This document shows, piece after piece, positions 18,912-27,643 of a DNA stretch of 64,000 bases. The notes under the pieces were generated by a model. It searched no databases. It was not told the origin of the DNA and worked only from the letters and a program-made list of their open reading frames with translations. The stretch covers positions 5,608 to 69,607 of the forward strand of contig MIDP01000011.1 of NCBI GenBank assembly GCA_001831095.1, given 5' to 3'. This stretch comes from Verrucomicrobia bacterium GWF2_51_19. GTDB taxonomy: Bacteria > Verrucomicrobiota > Verrucomicrobiia > Opitutales > UBA12508. Both the position numbers and the translations under genes were made by a program. Each line of letters opens with the position of its first letter. The first letter of the stretch is position 1.

Positions 18912-21412
18912 TCAAGAAATACTTTTTGAAATACTGGAGCGTCACCAAAACACTGTTTGCGATAGTTGTAGAGCGGGTCGGTGTCTCTAAACCATTTTTG
19001 GGAAGAACGCCATTCTCTTTCTTTGCCAAGAAGTGCATAGAACGCCGTTAGACGTAAAATATTTGAAGCTCCTTTTGATAATTGATCCAATTGAAGTGGG
19101 TATTTTGAAACATATTGCAACCCTTTCTGCCACAGCGGACCTTCATCAATAAAGGCAGCACTTGTAATCCATGCTAGAAGATTTTGAGCCGACAATGTCT
19201 CTATATTCTCTTGGCGAATGATTGTTTTTGCGAGTGCCGTTTGATTTTGTAATGCCAAAAGGTGCGCTATTCGTGTTGGCAGGGACTCATAATTGCCTTG
19301 CTTAGCTTCTGATAAAACACCTTCTGTCGCCCCATAATTGCGCACGGAAATGAACAACAGCGCTTTTGATACATAAGTCTGAGTGTTGGCGCATTGGGTG
19401 TCAAAGTCGACTTGGAGGACCTCTTGAAGCGCGCTAAAAATCTTTTCCTCGATTGGCTTTAAAGTGTTTTTATATTTAAATAGAGCGGGAAAGAGCTGTT
19501 CGGTTGCAGCCCAAACCGCATTACCTGCGAGGCCGCTTGCCTTTGGATTGGCCTCATAGAGGGCGCGGAGGGCGGTTTTGGCCTTATCGAAGAGGTTTTT
19601 GGCCAAGTAGAAAGAGGGTAATGTGGGTGAGACGATTTTGCGTACAAACCATTCGCGTTCCAGACAGTACAGCACCTTTTCCTCATGGAGAGAGAGGCCC
19701 TGATAGAGGTTGCGCTTTTGAATGGCATCGGCGATTTCGGTATAGAGGCCGTTCGCTCCTGGGAAGTTTTGATAAATGGCATCGATCGACTGTTCAACGA
19801 CCGCCCACTGATTATTGAGGAGCGCGAGGCAGGCTTTCAAAAATTGAGCTTGAGGGCCCTCGTTTTTTTGTACCGATAGAGCGTAGAGTTCAGCCATCTC
19901 TTGTTTGAGCCATTCGACGTCCGGTAAGTGTTTTTGAAGAAAACCATTGGCTGCCGAGAGTCCCATAAACAGCGCAATGCCGACCTGTGCATAGAGCTCG
20001 CCGCGAAAGAGAATGTCTTCGTGCGCGATGGCATCTTTGTTAAACTTCAGCCAGGGCGCATAATGCCGTTGACACAAGTTAAAGTGAATGACCCAAGATG
20101 AATTGCGTTGGGCGTAGAGCGTGTTTCCAGTGTAGTCTTTCAATAATATTTCGACAAATGCGGTGCTCGCGGGTGCCCGTTTCAAGTAATCGAGCAAAAA
20201 GAGGTGAAACGAAAGCCGATAAAAGGGCTGATTGAACGGTCTCTTGATCAACGCCACATCGGTCATGCAGGACTTCCATGATTGAGTAAACAGCCAGAGG
20301 TCGAGGTTGACGTTTTCTGCGCGGTACGTGTTGTGGACCCAGGCACAGCGCTTTTCAGGAATGTCGAGGCTGTCTCCTGTTTCTCTCGCACGCAGGCACG
20401 CTAAAAGGGACTCAATAGACAACGTTTCACGGGGCAAGAGGGCCTTTGTGTCAAAAAGCTGAAAGTCGTTTTTTGACGAATGTTGCGATTCTAGTAACAC
20501 CTTCAGGCGTTCACGAATCGAGAGCTTGTCTTTAGTATTGAAAACATTTTTTGAAAAGTCCAATCCGTGAAGCGTGTTGCGAAAGAGTGAGTATGGGTGC
20601 CAGAAAAAAGACGAAAAAGGCACTTCGCTACGTTTTGCCCACAGGGCTCCTTCGACGGCCCATGTCATGTTTTTACTCAAATTATAAATGGCGCTGGAGG
20701 CTACCATCCGCGCGACAGCCTCTTCCCACGTAACTTTGCCATCCATGAGATCAGCCATGTCGATGACGTCAAAAGCCTCATTGCCCCTTAGCGCGTCAAA
20801 TAGCCGCGTACTGTATTGTCCGTACCAAAAATGCTCTTCGTCAATGTTGTGTTTGTTCTTGTTAAAGAAGTTTTCGATCGAGTAGCTTTCACGTGAATCG
20901 AAGAGCAGACAGGGCTTTTTCGACTCGAAGCTTTTTGAAAGCACCGTGATGTCGTCTGTCGGCAAATAAATAAAGTGTTGAGTAAACGCAAACAGAGCGC
21001 GGAAACAACGAGTACTGTTGCCATTCATTTCAAGTTCTTCCGGAAACAGACTCGTAAAAACGGCATCGGGATAGGCTTGCATTGTGCGTTCTAGAGAGTC
21101 CTCTAAGGTCTGCGGGTGAGTGTCGTAGCTCGTGGCTGACTTTTTCCCTGGCACCTTGTAGACCCTTTCCGGGACAAAGGAAATGACCCAATCGCCTTTG
21201 GCCGATTCCAGGTCCGGCTCCTGCAATAAGGTGTCTACGCGACTGTTCAACCCATGTGCGCGTAGCCAGTCTGCCAGCAAGCTTTTTTGATCGTCAGTCA
21301 ACGTCGGCACAAAGAGCGTTGTTTCGTTGGCGAGCGCCAGCTTTTCAATAAATTTTTGCCAAAAAGGATACGCGTGAACAATCAGGGATTCCGCATCGAG
21401 TAAAATGTGCAT
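18908..21412 (-). CDS. large hypothetical protein (834 aa; helical-repeat-like C-terminal half)
   Basis: Long uninterrupted ORF with normal codon and amino-acid composition. No family motif recognised. Confidence 0.75.
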   Translation of the reverse strand: MHILLDAESLIVHAYPFWQKFIEKLALANETTLFVPTLTDDQKSLLADWLRAHGLNSRVDTLLQEPDLESAKGDWVISFVPERVYKVPGKKSATSYDTHPQTLEDSLERTMQAYPDAVFTSLFPEELEMNGNSTRCFRALFAFTQHFIYLPTDDITVLSKSFESKKPCLLFDSRESYSIENFFNKNKHNIDEEHFWYGQYSTRLFDALRGNEAFDVIDMADLMDGKVTWEEAVARMVASSAIYNLSKNMTWAVEGALWAKRSEVPFSSFFWHPYSLFRNTLHGLDFSKNVFNTKDKLSIRERLKVLLESQHSSKNDFQLFDTKALLPRETLSIESLLACLRARETGDSLDIPEKRCAWVHNTYRAENVNLDLWLFTQSWKSCMTDVALIKRPFNQPFYRLSFHLFLLDYLKRAPASTAFVEILLKDYTGNTLYAQRNSSWVIHFNLCQRHYAPWLKFNKDAIAHEDILFRGELYAQVGIALFMGLSAANGFLQKHLPDVEWLKQEMAELYALSVQKNEGPQAQFLKACLALLNNQWAVVEQSIDAIYQNFPGANGLYTEIADAIQKRNLYQGLSLHEEKVLYCLEREWFVRKIVSPTLPSFYLAKNLFDKAKTALRALYEANPKASGLAGNAVWAATEQLFPALFKYKNTLKPIEEKIFSALQEVLQVDFDTQCANTQTYVSKALLFISVRNYGATEGVLSEAKQGNYESLPTRIAHLLALQNQTALAKTIIRQENIETLSAQNLLAWITSAAFIDEGPLWQKGLQYVSKYPLQLDQLSKGASNILRLTAFYALLGKEREWRSSQKWFRDTDPLYNYRKQCFGDAPVFQKVFLE

Positions 21413-21635
21413 AGCCTACAGTGTAAGTGCTCTCGTCTCAAAGTCAATCGAATCACATAAGACGCCAATTAAATCACTTTTCTTACGCCCGCTCATTGCG
21501 TTGTAAAGTTTCGCCAAAGACTGCACCGCCTGAACTGAATTTTAAAAATGTCTTGGCTTTCTGTTTTTATTCTAAAATATGCATTCTTATGAAAATTAAA
21601 TCTATATCTTTCGTCCACCATTAATAACTGCCCTA

Positions 21636-22271
21636 ATGTCGTTCACTTTGCTTTTTGCCGATAAGGCTTTGAATGATGCAGCGAAGGATGGCAATTTGGA
21701 TGAAGTTAGCAGATTGCTCGAGCCATACAAAGATGATGAGGTCGCGCTCAAGAAATATGTCAATTGGCAGGATGAATACGACAACACCGCGCTGCTGGAG
21801 GCCGCGATGAATGGCCACACAGAGATTGTTGATCTCTTAATTGCAGCCGGTGGGGATCCAAACATTAAGACCAACGACGGCAGCAACGCGCTGATGTTGG
21901 CCGCGTGGTTTGGCAAAATAGATATTGTTAAGCTTTTAATTAAAGCCGCAACGAATCTAGACATTCAGAACGACAACGGCGACACCGCGCTGATGTTGGC
22001 CGCATGGTTTCGCATAACAGAGAAAACAGATATTGTTAAGCTCTTAATTGCTGCCGGAGCGAATCCAAACATTCAGAACAACCACCGCGATACCGCGCTG
22101 AGGTTTCTCGAAGAAGTATGCAAAAACAACACCGACATCATTAATCTCCTCACCAAATACGCAGAAAAGTACAATATCATTATGACATGTGCAAAGAAGC
22201 AGCGGAGGAATTACGCATTACGCTCGACGAAAAAGAGTCGGTCGCAAATCCAGACTCGACGATTTCGTTAG
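21636..22271 (+). CDS. ankyrin-repeat protein
   Basis: At least 4 ANK repeats (NTALLEAAMNGHTEIVDLLIAAGGDPN, SNALMLAAWFGKIDIVKLLIKAATNLD, DTALMLAAW...IVKLLIAAGANPN). The basic tail after residue ~182 looks like out-of-frame read-through. Confidence 0.85.
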   Translation: MSFTLLFADKALNDAAKDGNLDEVSRLLEPYKDDEVALKKYVNWQDEYDNTALLEAAMNGHTEIVDLLIAAGGDPNIKTNDGSNALMLAAWFGKIDIVKLLIKAATNLDIQNDNGDTALMLAAWFRITEKTDIVKLLIAAGANPNIQNNHRDTALRFLEEVCKNNTDIINLLTKYAEKYNIIMTCAKKQRRNYALRSTKKSRSQIQTRRFR

Positions 22272-22648
22272 CCATACGTATTTTATACGCCGCGAAGAAT
22301 GGTGTCATGACGGATGATACAGAGACTGCCGCGAAGAATGGTGTCATGACGGATGATACAGAGACTGCCGCGAAGAATGGTGTCGAGAGTGATGAATTAT
22401 TGGATGCGATCTACTGTCAGAATCAGAATAACGATGATTATAATGACGCACAAAATATCAGCGAAGAAGTGATTAATACGATGAGGCGCTTGATGGAAAC
22501 GGAAACAGAAATAAAAGCAATTACACTTAAGGGTTGGTCCTGGGATAAAATGAACCCTATCTCACCTCTCACACTTTTCTGCGAAGACTTTAAAGACTTT
22601 GAATTCGGAAACGATTCTGACTTCTATATTATTCCAAAAAACACTTAA
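22187..22648 (+). CDS. acidic hypothetical protein with AAKNGVMTDDTET repeats (possibly the frame-shifted C-terminus of the ankyrin gene)
   Basis: 153-aa ORF. Its frame is open from 22145 and overlaps the ankyrin ORF by 85 nt in another frame. Followed by a good terminator at 22678-22710. Confidence 0.55.
   Translation: MCKEAAEELRITLDEKESVANPDSTISLAIRILYAAKNGVMTDDTETAAKNGVMTDDTETAAKNGVESDELLDAIYCQNQNNDDYNDAQNISEEVINTMRRLMETETEIKAITLKGWSWDKMNPISPLTLFCEDFKDFEFGNDSDFYIIPKNT
22289..22394 (+). repeat. 39-bp tandem repeat (2.7 units)
   Basis: gccgcgaagaatggtgtcatgacggatgatacagagact appears twice exactly (22289-22327 and 22328-22366), plus a diverged partial third unit. Confidence 0.95.
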
Positions 22649-22677
22649 GCTATCGGCGATCAACGCAGCTGAACAAA

Positions 22678-22710
22678 GCGTGACTCGGAGAAACTCGTGT
22701 CACGCTTTTT
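22678..22710 (+). terminator. rho-independent terminator
   Basis: GCGTGAC-tcggagaaactcgt-GTCACGC followed by TTTTT. Confidence 0.7.
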
Positions 22711-22818
22711 CCATTCGAGTGTTGCGCTTCATTGTTTAATGGGCGATTGATTGAGGGCTATAGACCATTTTGCATCGATCTTGTTGACTTTTTTTAGAGA
22801 AAACGCTTACTAAGAGCC

Positions 22819-24792
22819 ATGGCCAGGCCAGTAAAGATTCAAGAGACGATGCAGCAATTGCGAGAGGCGATTGCGCATCACGATCGTCTGTATTACAAGG
22901 ACGCTCGACCGGAGATTTCCGATTTCGAATACGATTGTCTGAAGAACGAGCTGGCGTACATGGAAAAGCAATACCAAGAGACCGCGCCCCAGGCGGATTC
23001 CGTTGGCGACGACCGTATTGATGGCTTTCATACTCGCAAGCACCGGAGTCCCATGTTGAGCCTCACAAATTCTTACGATCGAGCGGATGTGTTTGATTTT
23101 GACAGACGATTGCGTGAAGACGGGCTCGCGTTTAGCTATGTCGTGGAGCCGAAGATTGACGGTGTCGCTGTCAGCCTGTGTTATGAACAGGGCCAATTGA
23201 TGCATGCCTTGACGCGCGGTAACGGTGTTGAAGGGGACGATATCACGCAAAATATACACACGATTGCTGGCATTCCAAAAAACTTGATGGCGCCCTTTCC
23301 GGATTTTGTGGAGGTCCGTGGAGAGGTTTACATGACCTTGAAGGACTTTGAGGCGGTCAACGTCAAGCGCGACGAAGATGGCATGCCGCCTTATGCCAAC
23401 CCCCGCAATCTCGCCGCTGGCAGCATCAAGTTGCTCGACTCGCGCGAGACTCGTGAACGTCCGTTGAGGGCCGTTTTTTACTCCGTTGGCGACGACGGGA
23501 ATGGCTTTAAGAGTGAATCGGAGATCTTGGAGGCCCTACATGCCTGGCAGTTACCCGTTTTGGAGCGCTACTGGGTTGCGAACACAATTGAAGCCGCCTG
23601 GGCACACATTGAAGAGCTCGACAAGCTCCGCCATTCTTTTTTGTACAACACCGATGGCGCCGTCCTCAAGGTGAACGAACGCGCCCTGCAGCGTCAATGG
23701 GGACATACTGCCAAAGCGCCCCGGTTTGCCATTGCCTACAAATTTGAGCCTGAGCAAGTCGAGACGCTCTTGGAAAAGATCCACATACAGGTCGGCCGAA
23801 CGGGCGTATTGACTCCCGTTGCGCAGTTGTCACCCGTCTTTCTATCTGGAACAACGGTAGCGCGGGCAACGCTTCACAACGCCGAAGAGATGGCGCGCAA
23901 AGACATCCGTGAGGGCGACACGGTTCTCATTGAAAAAGCTGGCGAAATCATTCCGGCCGTCCTCTCCGTCAACCTCGACAAGCGTCCCAAACTCTCCCAG
24001 CCCTTTGCGTTTCCAAAAACATGCCCGGCCTGCGGTGGCACCGTTAGCCGCGTCGATGGCGAAGTTGCGTGGCGCTGTCTCAACGTCAATTGTCCACCGC
24101 AAATCCGCCGCCGCCTGCTGCACTTTGCCTCGCGCTCAGCCATGGACGTCGAGCACCTCGGCGAAAGTGTCATCGATCAGCTCGTCTCACGCGGCTTTCT
24201 CAAAACGCTTGCTGACATCTACAGCCTGACGTCTACGCAATTGTCGCAGCTCGACGGATTTCGTGAAAAGTCTATCCAAAACCTCCTTGATGCCATCGAG
24301 CGCAGCAAGCACAATGAGCTCTGGCGCCTTCTACATGGCCTTGGAATTCAGTACGTCGGCGCGCAAACAGCCAAGGACCTCGCTTACGCGTTTTCCCTAA
24401 AAGAGCTCACAACGGCCACCGTCGAGGCCCTTTTGCGCGTTAATGGCGTCGGAGAAAAGGTCGCCAACAGCGTCTATCGCTTTTTTCACAACACAGACAA
24501 CCTGGCTCTGCTACAGCAATGGATCGATGCGGGCCTCGATCCACAACGCCCACAACGCAGCTCTGGAGCCCTCACTGGCAAAAAGTTCGTCCTCACAGGA
24601 ACGCTGCCAACGCTCTCCCGTGAGGCCGCCAAAGAGCTGATTGAAAAGGCCGGTGGCGTCGTCTCTGCTTCTCTCAGCGCGAAGACCGACTTTCTCCTCC
24701 TCGGCGACAACCCCGGCTCTAAGCTCGCTCAGGCACAAAAGCTCCAGGTCCCCATTCTTTCCGAGGCAGACCTTTTGAGGCTACTTATTTGA
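22819..24792 (+). CDS. ligA: NAD-dependent DNA ligase LigA
   Basis: 657 aa with the adenylation motif VEPKIDGVAVSL, a Zn-finger (CPACGGTVSRVDGEVAWRCLNVNCP), HhH motifs and a C-terminal BRCT domain (GKKFVLTGTL). Confidence 0.96.
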   Translation: MARPVKIQETMQQLREAIAHHDRLYYKDARPEISDFEYDCLKNELAYMEKQYQETAPQADSVGDDRIDGFHTRKHRSPMLSLTNSYDRADVFDFDRRLREDGLAFSYVVEPKIDGVAVSLCYEQGQLMHALTRGNGVEGDDITQNIHTIAGIPKNLMAPFPDFVEVRGEVYMTLKDFEAVNVKRDEDGMPPYANPRNLAAGSIKLLDSRETRERPLRAVFYSVGDDGNGFKSESEILEALHAWQLPVLERYWVANTIEAAWAHIEELDKLRHSFLYNTDGAVLKVNERALQRQWGHTAKAPRFAIAYKFEPEQVETLLEKIHIQVGRTGVLTPVAQLSPVFLSGTTVARATLHNAEEMARKDIREGDTVLIEKAGEIIPAVLSVNLDKRPKLSQPFAFPKTCPACGGTVSRVDGEVAWRCLNVNCPPQIRRRLLHFASRSAMDVEHLGESVIDQLVSRGFLKTLADIYSLTSTQLSQLDGFREKSIQNLLDAIERSKHNELWRLLHGLGIQYVGAQTAKDLAYAFSLKELTTATVEALLRVNGVGEKVANSVYRFFHNTDNLALLQQWIDAGLDPQRPQRSSGALTGKKFVLTGTLPTLSREAAKELIEKAGGVVSASLSAKTDFLLLGDNPGSKLAQAQKLQVPILSEADLLRLLI

Positions 24793-24804
24793 GGGGAGTG
24801 TGGC

Positions 24805-25189
24805 CCGCAATCATTAGCGACCGCAAAAGTTCACCCGCTGAAAATCAAAAATCATCTGATGTTAACTGGAATTGATGTTTTTTCTGACGGATTATTGGTC
24901 CGCGGTGAATGCGTCCGCAGACATACTAACTGCCTTTAGCTCTGCGTGTGGCAACACGCTCTGGATGCGTATACAGAAGTACTAACTCCTTCCAACTCTC
25001 TGCGTGTGGCAACACGCCCTCGATGCGCCGTTAGAGAGCTCGGCGGGTCTATGGAGCTGTTTGTGGCGCACTCCTTATGCCTCCGAGGGCGGCTTTGGTT
25101 GATTTTTTAAAATATCTGATATTGATTGATATTTAAAATATTCATTTTTTGTATTTAATATCCAGTATAGTTTTTAAATAAAAAGTCAA
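24805..25189 (-). ncRNA. candidate outward transcript H3 (leader Y, two S hairpin modules, tail type Z)
   Basis: Minus-strand TTGACT 25189..25184, 14 nt, TATACT 25169..25164. Followed by the core and two GCGTGT-ggca-ACACGC hairpins (around 24949 and 25004). Transcription is inferred. Confidence 0.3.
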
Positions 25190-25217
25190 GCTTTTTCGCA
25201 ATAAATCGTCGAGGCTA

Positions 25218-25486
25218 CCTCGATCCTTAGCGAAATTTCATTACCGCGCATCGGTTTTCCGATGCTCCCTTGAATGCGCCATTACAAGTACTAACTCCAT
25301 CCAACTCTGCGTGTGTCAACACGCCCTCGATGCGCCGTTAGAGAGCTCGGCGGGTCTATGGAGCCTTTTGTGGCGCACTCCTTCTGCTCTCGGAGGCGGC
25401 TTTGGCTGTAAAAACAAGATATTGGAATGGATTTATCGCTGTTTTAGAAAAAAATCTTCAAATATAGTATTTTTATAAAAAGTCAA
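25218..25486 (-). ncRNA. candidate outward transcript H4 (leader X, short tail)
   Basis: Minus-strand TTGACT 25486..25481, 14 nt, TATATT 25466..25461. Followed by the core, GCGTGT-gtca-ACACGC, and GCGCATCGG-tttt-CCGATGCtC. Confidence 0.3.
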
Positions 25487-25569
25487 GCTTTTTCGTAAAA
25501 ATTTTCGGCGCAGCAGAAGCTCTTTTAATATTTACATAATCAAAAAACAATCTCGATTCACTCATTCTA

Positions 25570-26037
25570 GGCTGCAACGAGCTTATGCGCTGCAACTCGA
25601 CGGCTTCGTTTTCGCACGAAGGGTTGCAATGAGCTTATGCGCTGCAACTCGACGGCTTTGATGCCGCATTCTGGGCTGCAACGAGCTTATGTGCTGCAAC
25701 TCGACGGCTTTGATGCCGCATTCTGGGCTGCAACGAGCTTATGTGCTGCAACTCGACGGCTTCGTTTCCGCACGAAGGGTTGCAATGAGCTTATGCGCTG
25801 CAACTCGACGGCTTTGTTTTCGCACGAAGGGTTGCAATGAGCTTATGCGCTGCAACTCGACGGCTTTGTTTCCGCAGTCTGGGCTGCAACGAGCTTATGT
25901 GCTGCAACTCGACGGCTTCGTTTTCGCACGAATGGTTGCAATGAGCTTATGCGCTGCAACTCGACGGCTTCGTTTTCGCACGAATGGTTGCAATGAGCTT
26001 ATGCGCTGCAACTCGACGGCTTTGATGAAGCGTTGGG
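25570..26037. repeat. 52-bp tandem repeat array, 9 units
   Basis: The units start exactly at 25570, 25622, 25674, 25726, 25778, 25830, 25882, 25934 and 25986. The conserved part is gcaaYgagcttatgYgctgcaactcgacggctt. The ~19-nt variable part occurs in only a few recurring variants (cgttttcgcacgaagggtt and tgatgccgcattctgggct types). Confidence 0.97.
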
Positions 26038-26097
26038 CGTTATATAGCTGTGTATGTCGGCACTGAATCTAGCCTCGACGATTTATTGCGAAAAAGC

Positions 26098-26453
26098 TTG
26101 ACTTTTTGTTTAAAAACTATATTAGACATTAAATACAAAAATTTGAATATTTAAAATCCGATATTTTTAAAAAAATCAGCTAAAGCCGCTCTCGAACACA
26201 GAAAGAGTGCGACAACAAGCGGCTCCCTAGACCCGCCGAGCTCTCTAACGGCGCATCCAGGGCGTGTTGTCACACGCAGAGCTTGAGGGAGTTAGTACTT
26301 CTGGAGACGCATTCACCGCAAACCGGTTAAATTTTTAGGAAAGCGTTTTCACTCTTTTGGTGAAATTTACATTAGAGCACACATGACCATGCAGGCGTCA
26401 ATTAGACAGGCAACGCAACTGATATGACTTATTTTTTTGCTAATGATTGAGGG
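26098..26453 (+). ncRNA. candidate outward transcript H5 (leader Y, long tail)
   Basis: TTGACT 26098-26103, 14 nt, TATATT 26118-26123. Followed by the core, GCGTGT-tgtc-ACACGC, the TCACC/GGTGA hairpin and the terminus. Confidence 0.3.
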
Positions 26454-27630
26454 AAATCACCCTCGTTGTCGAGTATTGCTTCCACCCTGGAAGAGTGGAG
26501 TCGTGCGGCGAAGGTTGCGGATTGAGCCAAAAGGCGTGAGAAACACAATCTTTGAAATGGGCTGGCGTTTCCGGCGGAGGAATCGGCGGGAATTTTGTCC
26601 AAGCGAGTTGAAAGAGTGTATTGGGAAGGACGGCAAAAAAAGTTTTGTAAAAATTCCAACTGTCTTGCTGCGTGAAAGCTTGATGCCAGCCAACTCGTCG
26701 ACACCAATGATTAGCCAGGTAGCATTCGGTCTGGGGAAGAAGGCGGCTGGCATCAAGGAGTATTGCCTCTGGAGCTGGTTCAATGCGATTATCGGTGTCC
26801 AATGGGAGAGCCCAATAGGCCCGGAGCGTATCGAGCGGCCCAAACATGACGAAATCAGAGGGATGATAGAGGAGGTACTTCATAGTGTACGCCTCTGGAA
26901 TGAAGAGCCGTGGGCGATCGGAATATTGATTGAGGGCGTCAAAGAGGTCGGTAAAGAGCGATGGACTCAGCGGAATGAGGTCCGTGCGGACCTTCAACGC
27001 ATGCGACCACCCCAAGGTTTGTGCCTTTTCAAACCCCGCGTGCGTGCTGACAATTTGCAGGTTACGATTGCCCCTGCCAGGCGATGGTTTTCGAGACAGA
27101 ACGATGTCGTCGATCCAGGCGTCTGCAGCCTTAAGTATGTCACAGTCAGCATCTTCCCAGGTTGACAAAATCAACTGTATCCCAGCATAGGTCGTTTTCA
27201 AGTAACGCAACAACAACAACGTTTCTTGCTCAACGGATCCCTGCATAACGATACCACAGTCGGCCGACACCGTTTGAGCCTTTGGGTTTTCCAGCTGAAA
27301 ATACAGGGCGTCGGTCAGCGCTAAATCGACCAAATGGGCGGCATTCAACCTCGGAAATCGCTCTGGAATCGCCCTTTCGATTGCCCCAAGCGCGCCAGAA
27401 AAAATCACTACAACCGTGCCATCACCTTCCGCATACAGTCGTTCGGGAGAACTCACCTCGATAGCACCAACACAGCTGTTCCAAAGCGTCGCATCACTGT
27501 CGACACAATACGCAAGGGGGACATTTACGTCCCCCTTCAGTGCTTCAAATAAAGACCCGACGCCCCAGCCGACAAACTTTTTAGCCGTCTTCAGCGTGGA
27601 TGCTAGCTGTTGGCCTTTTTTACTTTTCAA
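26440..27630 (-). CDS. hypothetical protein, possibly WavE-like LPS/glycan biosynthesis protein
   Basis: 396-aa ORF. The central/C-terminal region (ILSTWEDAD, GNRNLQIVSTHAG, ALKVRTD, YHPSDFVMFG) resembles my recollection of the WavE family (tentative). The last 4 codons and the TAG stop lie inside the A2 terminal repeat. Confidence 0.6.
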   Translation of the reverse strand: MKSKKGQQLASTLKTAKKFVGWGVGSLFEALKGDVNVPLAYCVDSDATLWNSCVGAIEVSSPERLYAEGDGTVVVIFSGALGAIERAIPERFPRLNAAHLVDLALTDALYFQLENPKAQTVSADCGIVMQGSVEQETLLLLRYLKTTYAGIQLILSTWEDADCDILKAADAWIDDIVLSRKPSPGRGNRNLQIVSTHAGFEKAQTLGWSHALKVRTDLIPLSPSLFTDLFDALNQYSDRPRLFIPEAYTMKYLLYHPSDFVMFGPLDTLRAYWALPLDTDNRIEPAPEAILLDASRLLPQTECYLANHWCRRVGWHQAFTQQDSWNFYKTFFAVLPNTLFQLAWTKFPPIPPPETPAHFKDCVSHAFWLNPQPSPHDSTLPGWKQYSTTRVISLNH

Positions 27631-27643
27631 AATGGCCTCTAAC

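Larger units (their letters stand above)
24805..26453. repeat. A-element compound copy A2 (1649 bp: two tandem half-units, 52-bp array, one half-unit)
   Basis: Outer termini are gCAATCATTAGCGA (24807-24820) and tGCTAATGATTGAgg (26438-26453). An internal degenerate terminus cctcGatcCttagcga lies at 25218-25233. Three copies of the core are present, and the array spans 25570-26037. Confidence 0.9.

Noticed and set aside
22700-22750. Short shared motif gttgcRcttcattgtttMa (22723, 38318, 40877; weaker at 43905)
   Set aside because: It is only ~20 nt long, in 3-4 copies with different flanks. It may be a fragment of the R-type repeats, but there is too little sequence to define a family or function.
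25570-26037. 52-bp periodic array considered as a CRISPR array (also 29544-29795)
   Set aside because: The variable segments are only ~19 nt and belong to a few recurring variants rather than unique spacers. Variant choice is coupled to the next unit. No cas genes are in the window. The arrays sit inside a dispersed repeat element. I therefore treat them as satellite/iteron-like tandem repeats.
25637-26066. Track ORFs 25637..25840, 25689..26066 and 29500..29730 (MRCNSTALMPHSGLQRAYVLQLDGF...)
   Set aside because: These are translations of the 52-bp tandem repeat. The period is not a multiple of 3, so the apparent peptide repeats rotate through frames. There is no RBS or coding signature.
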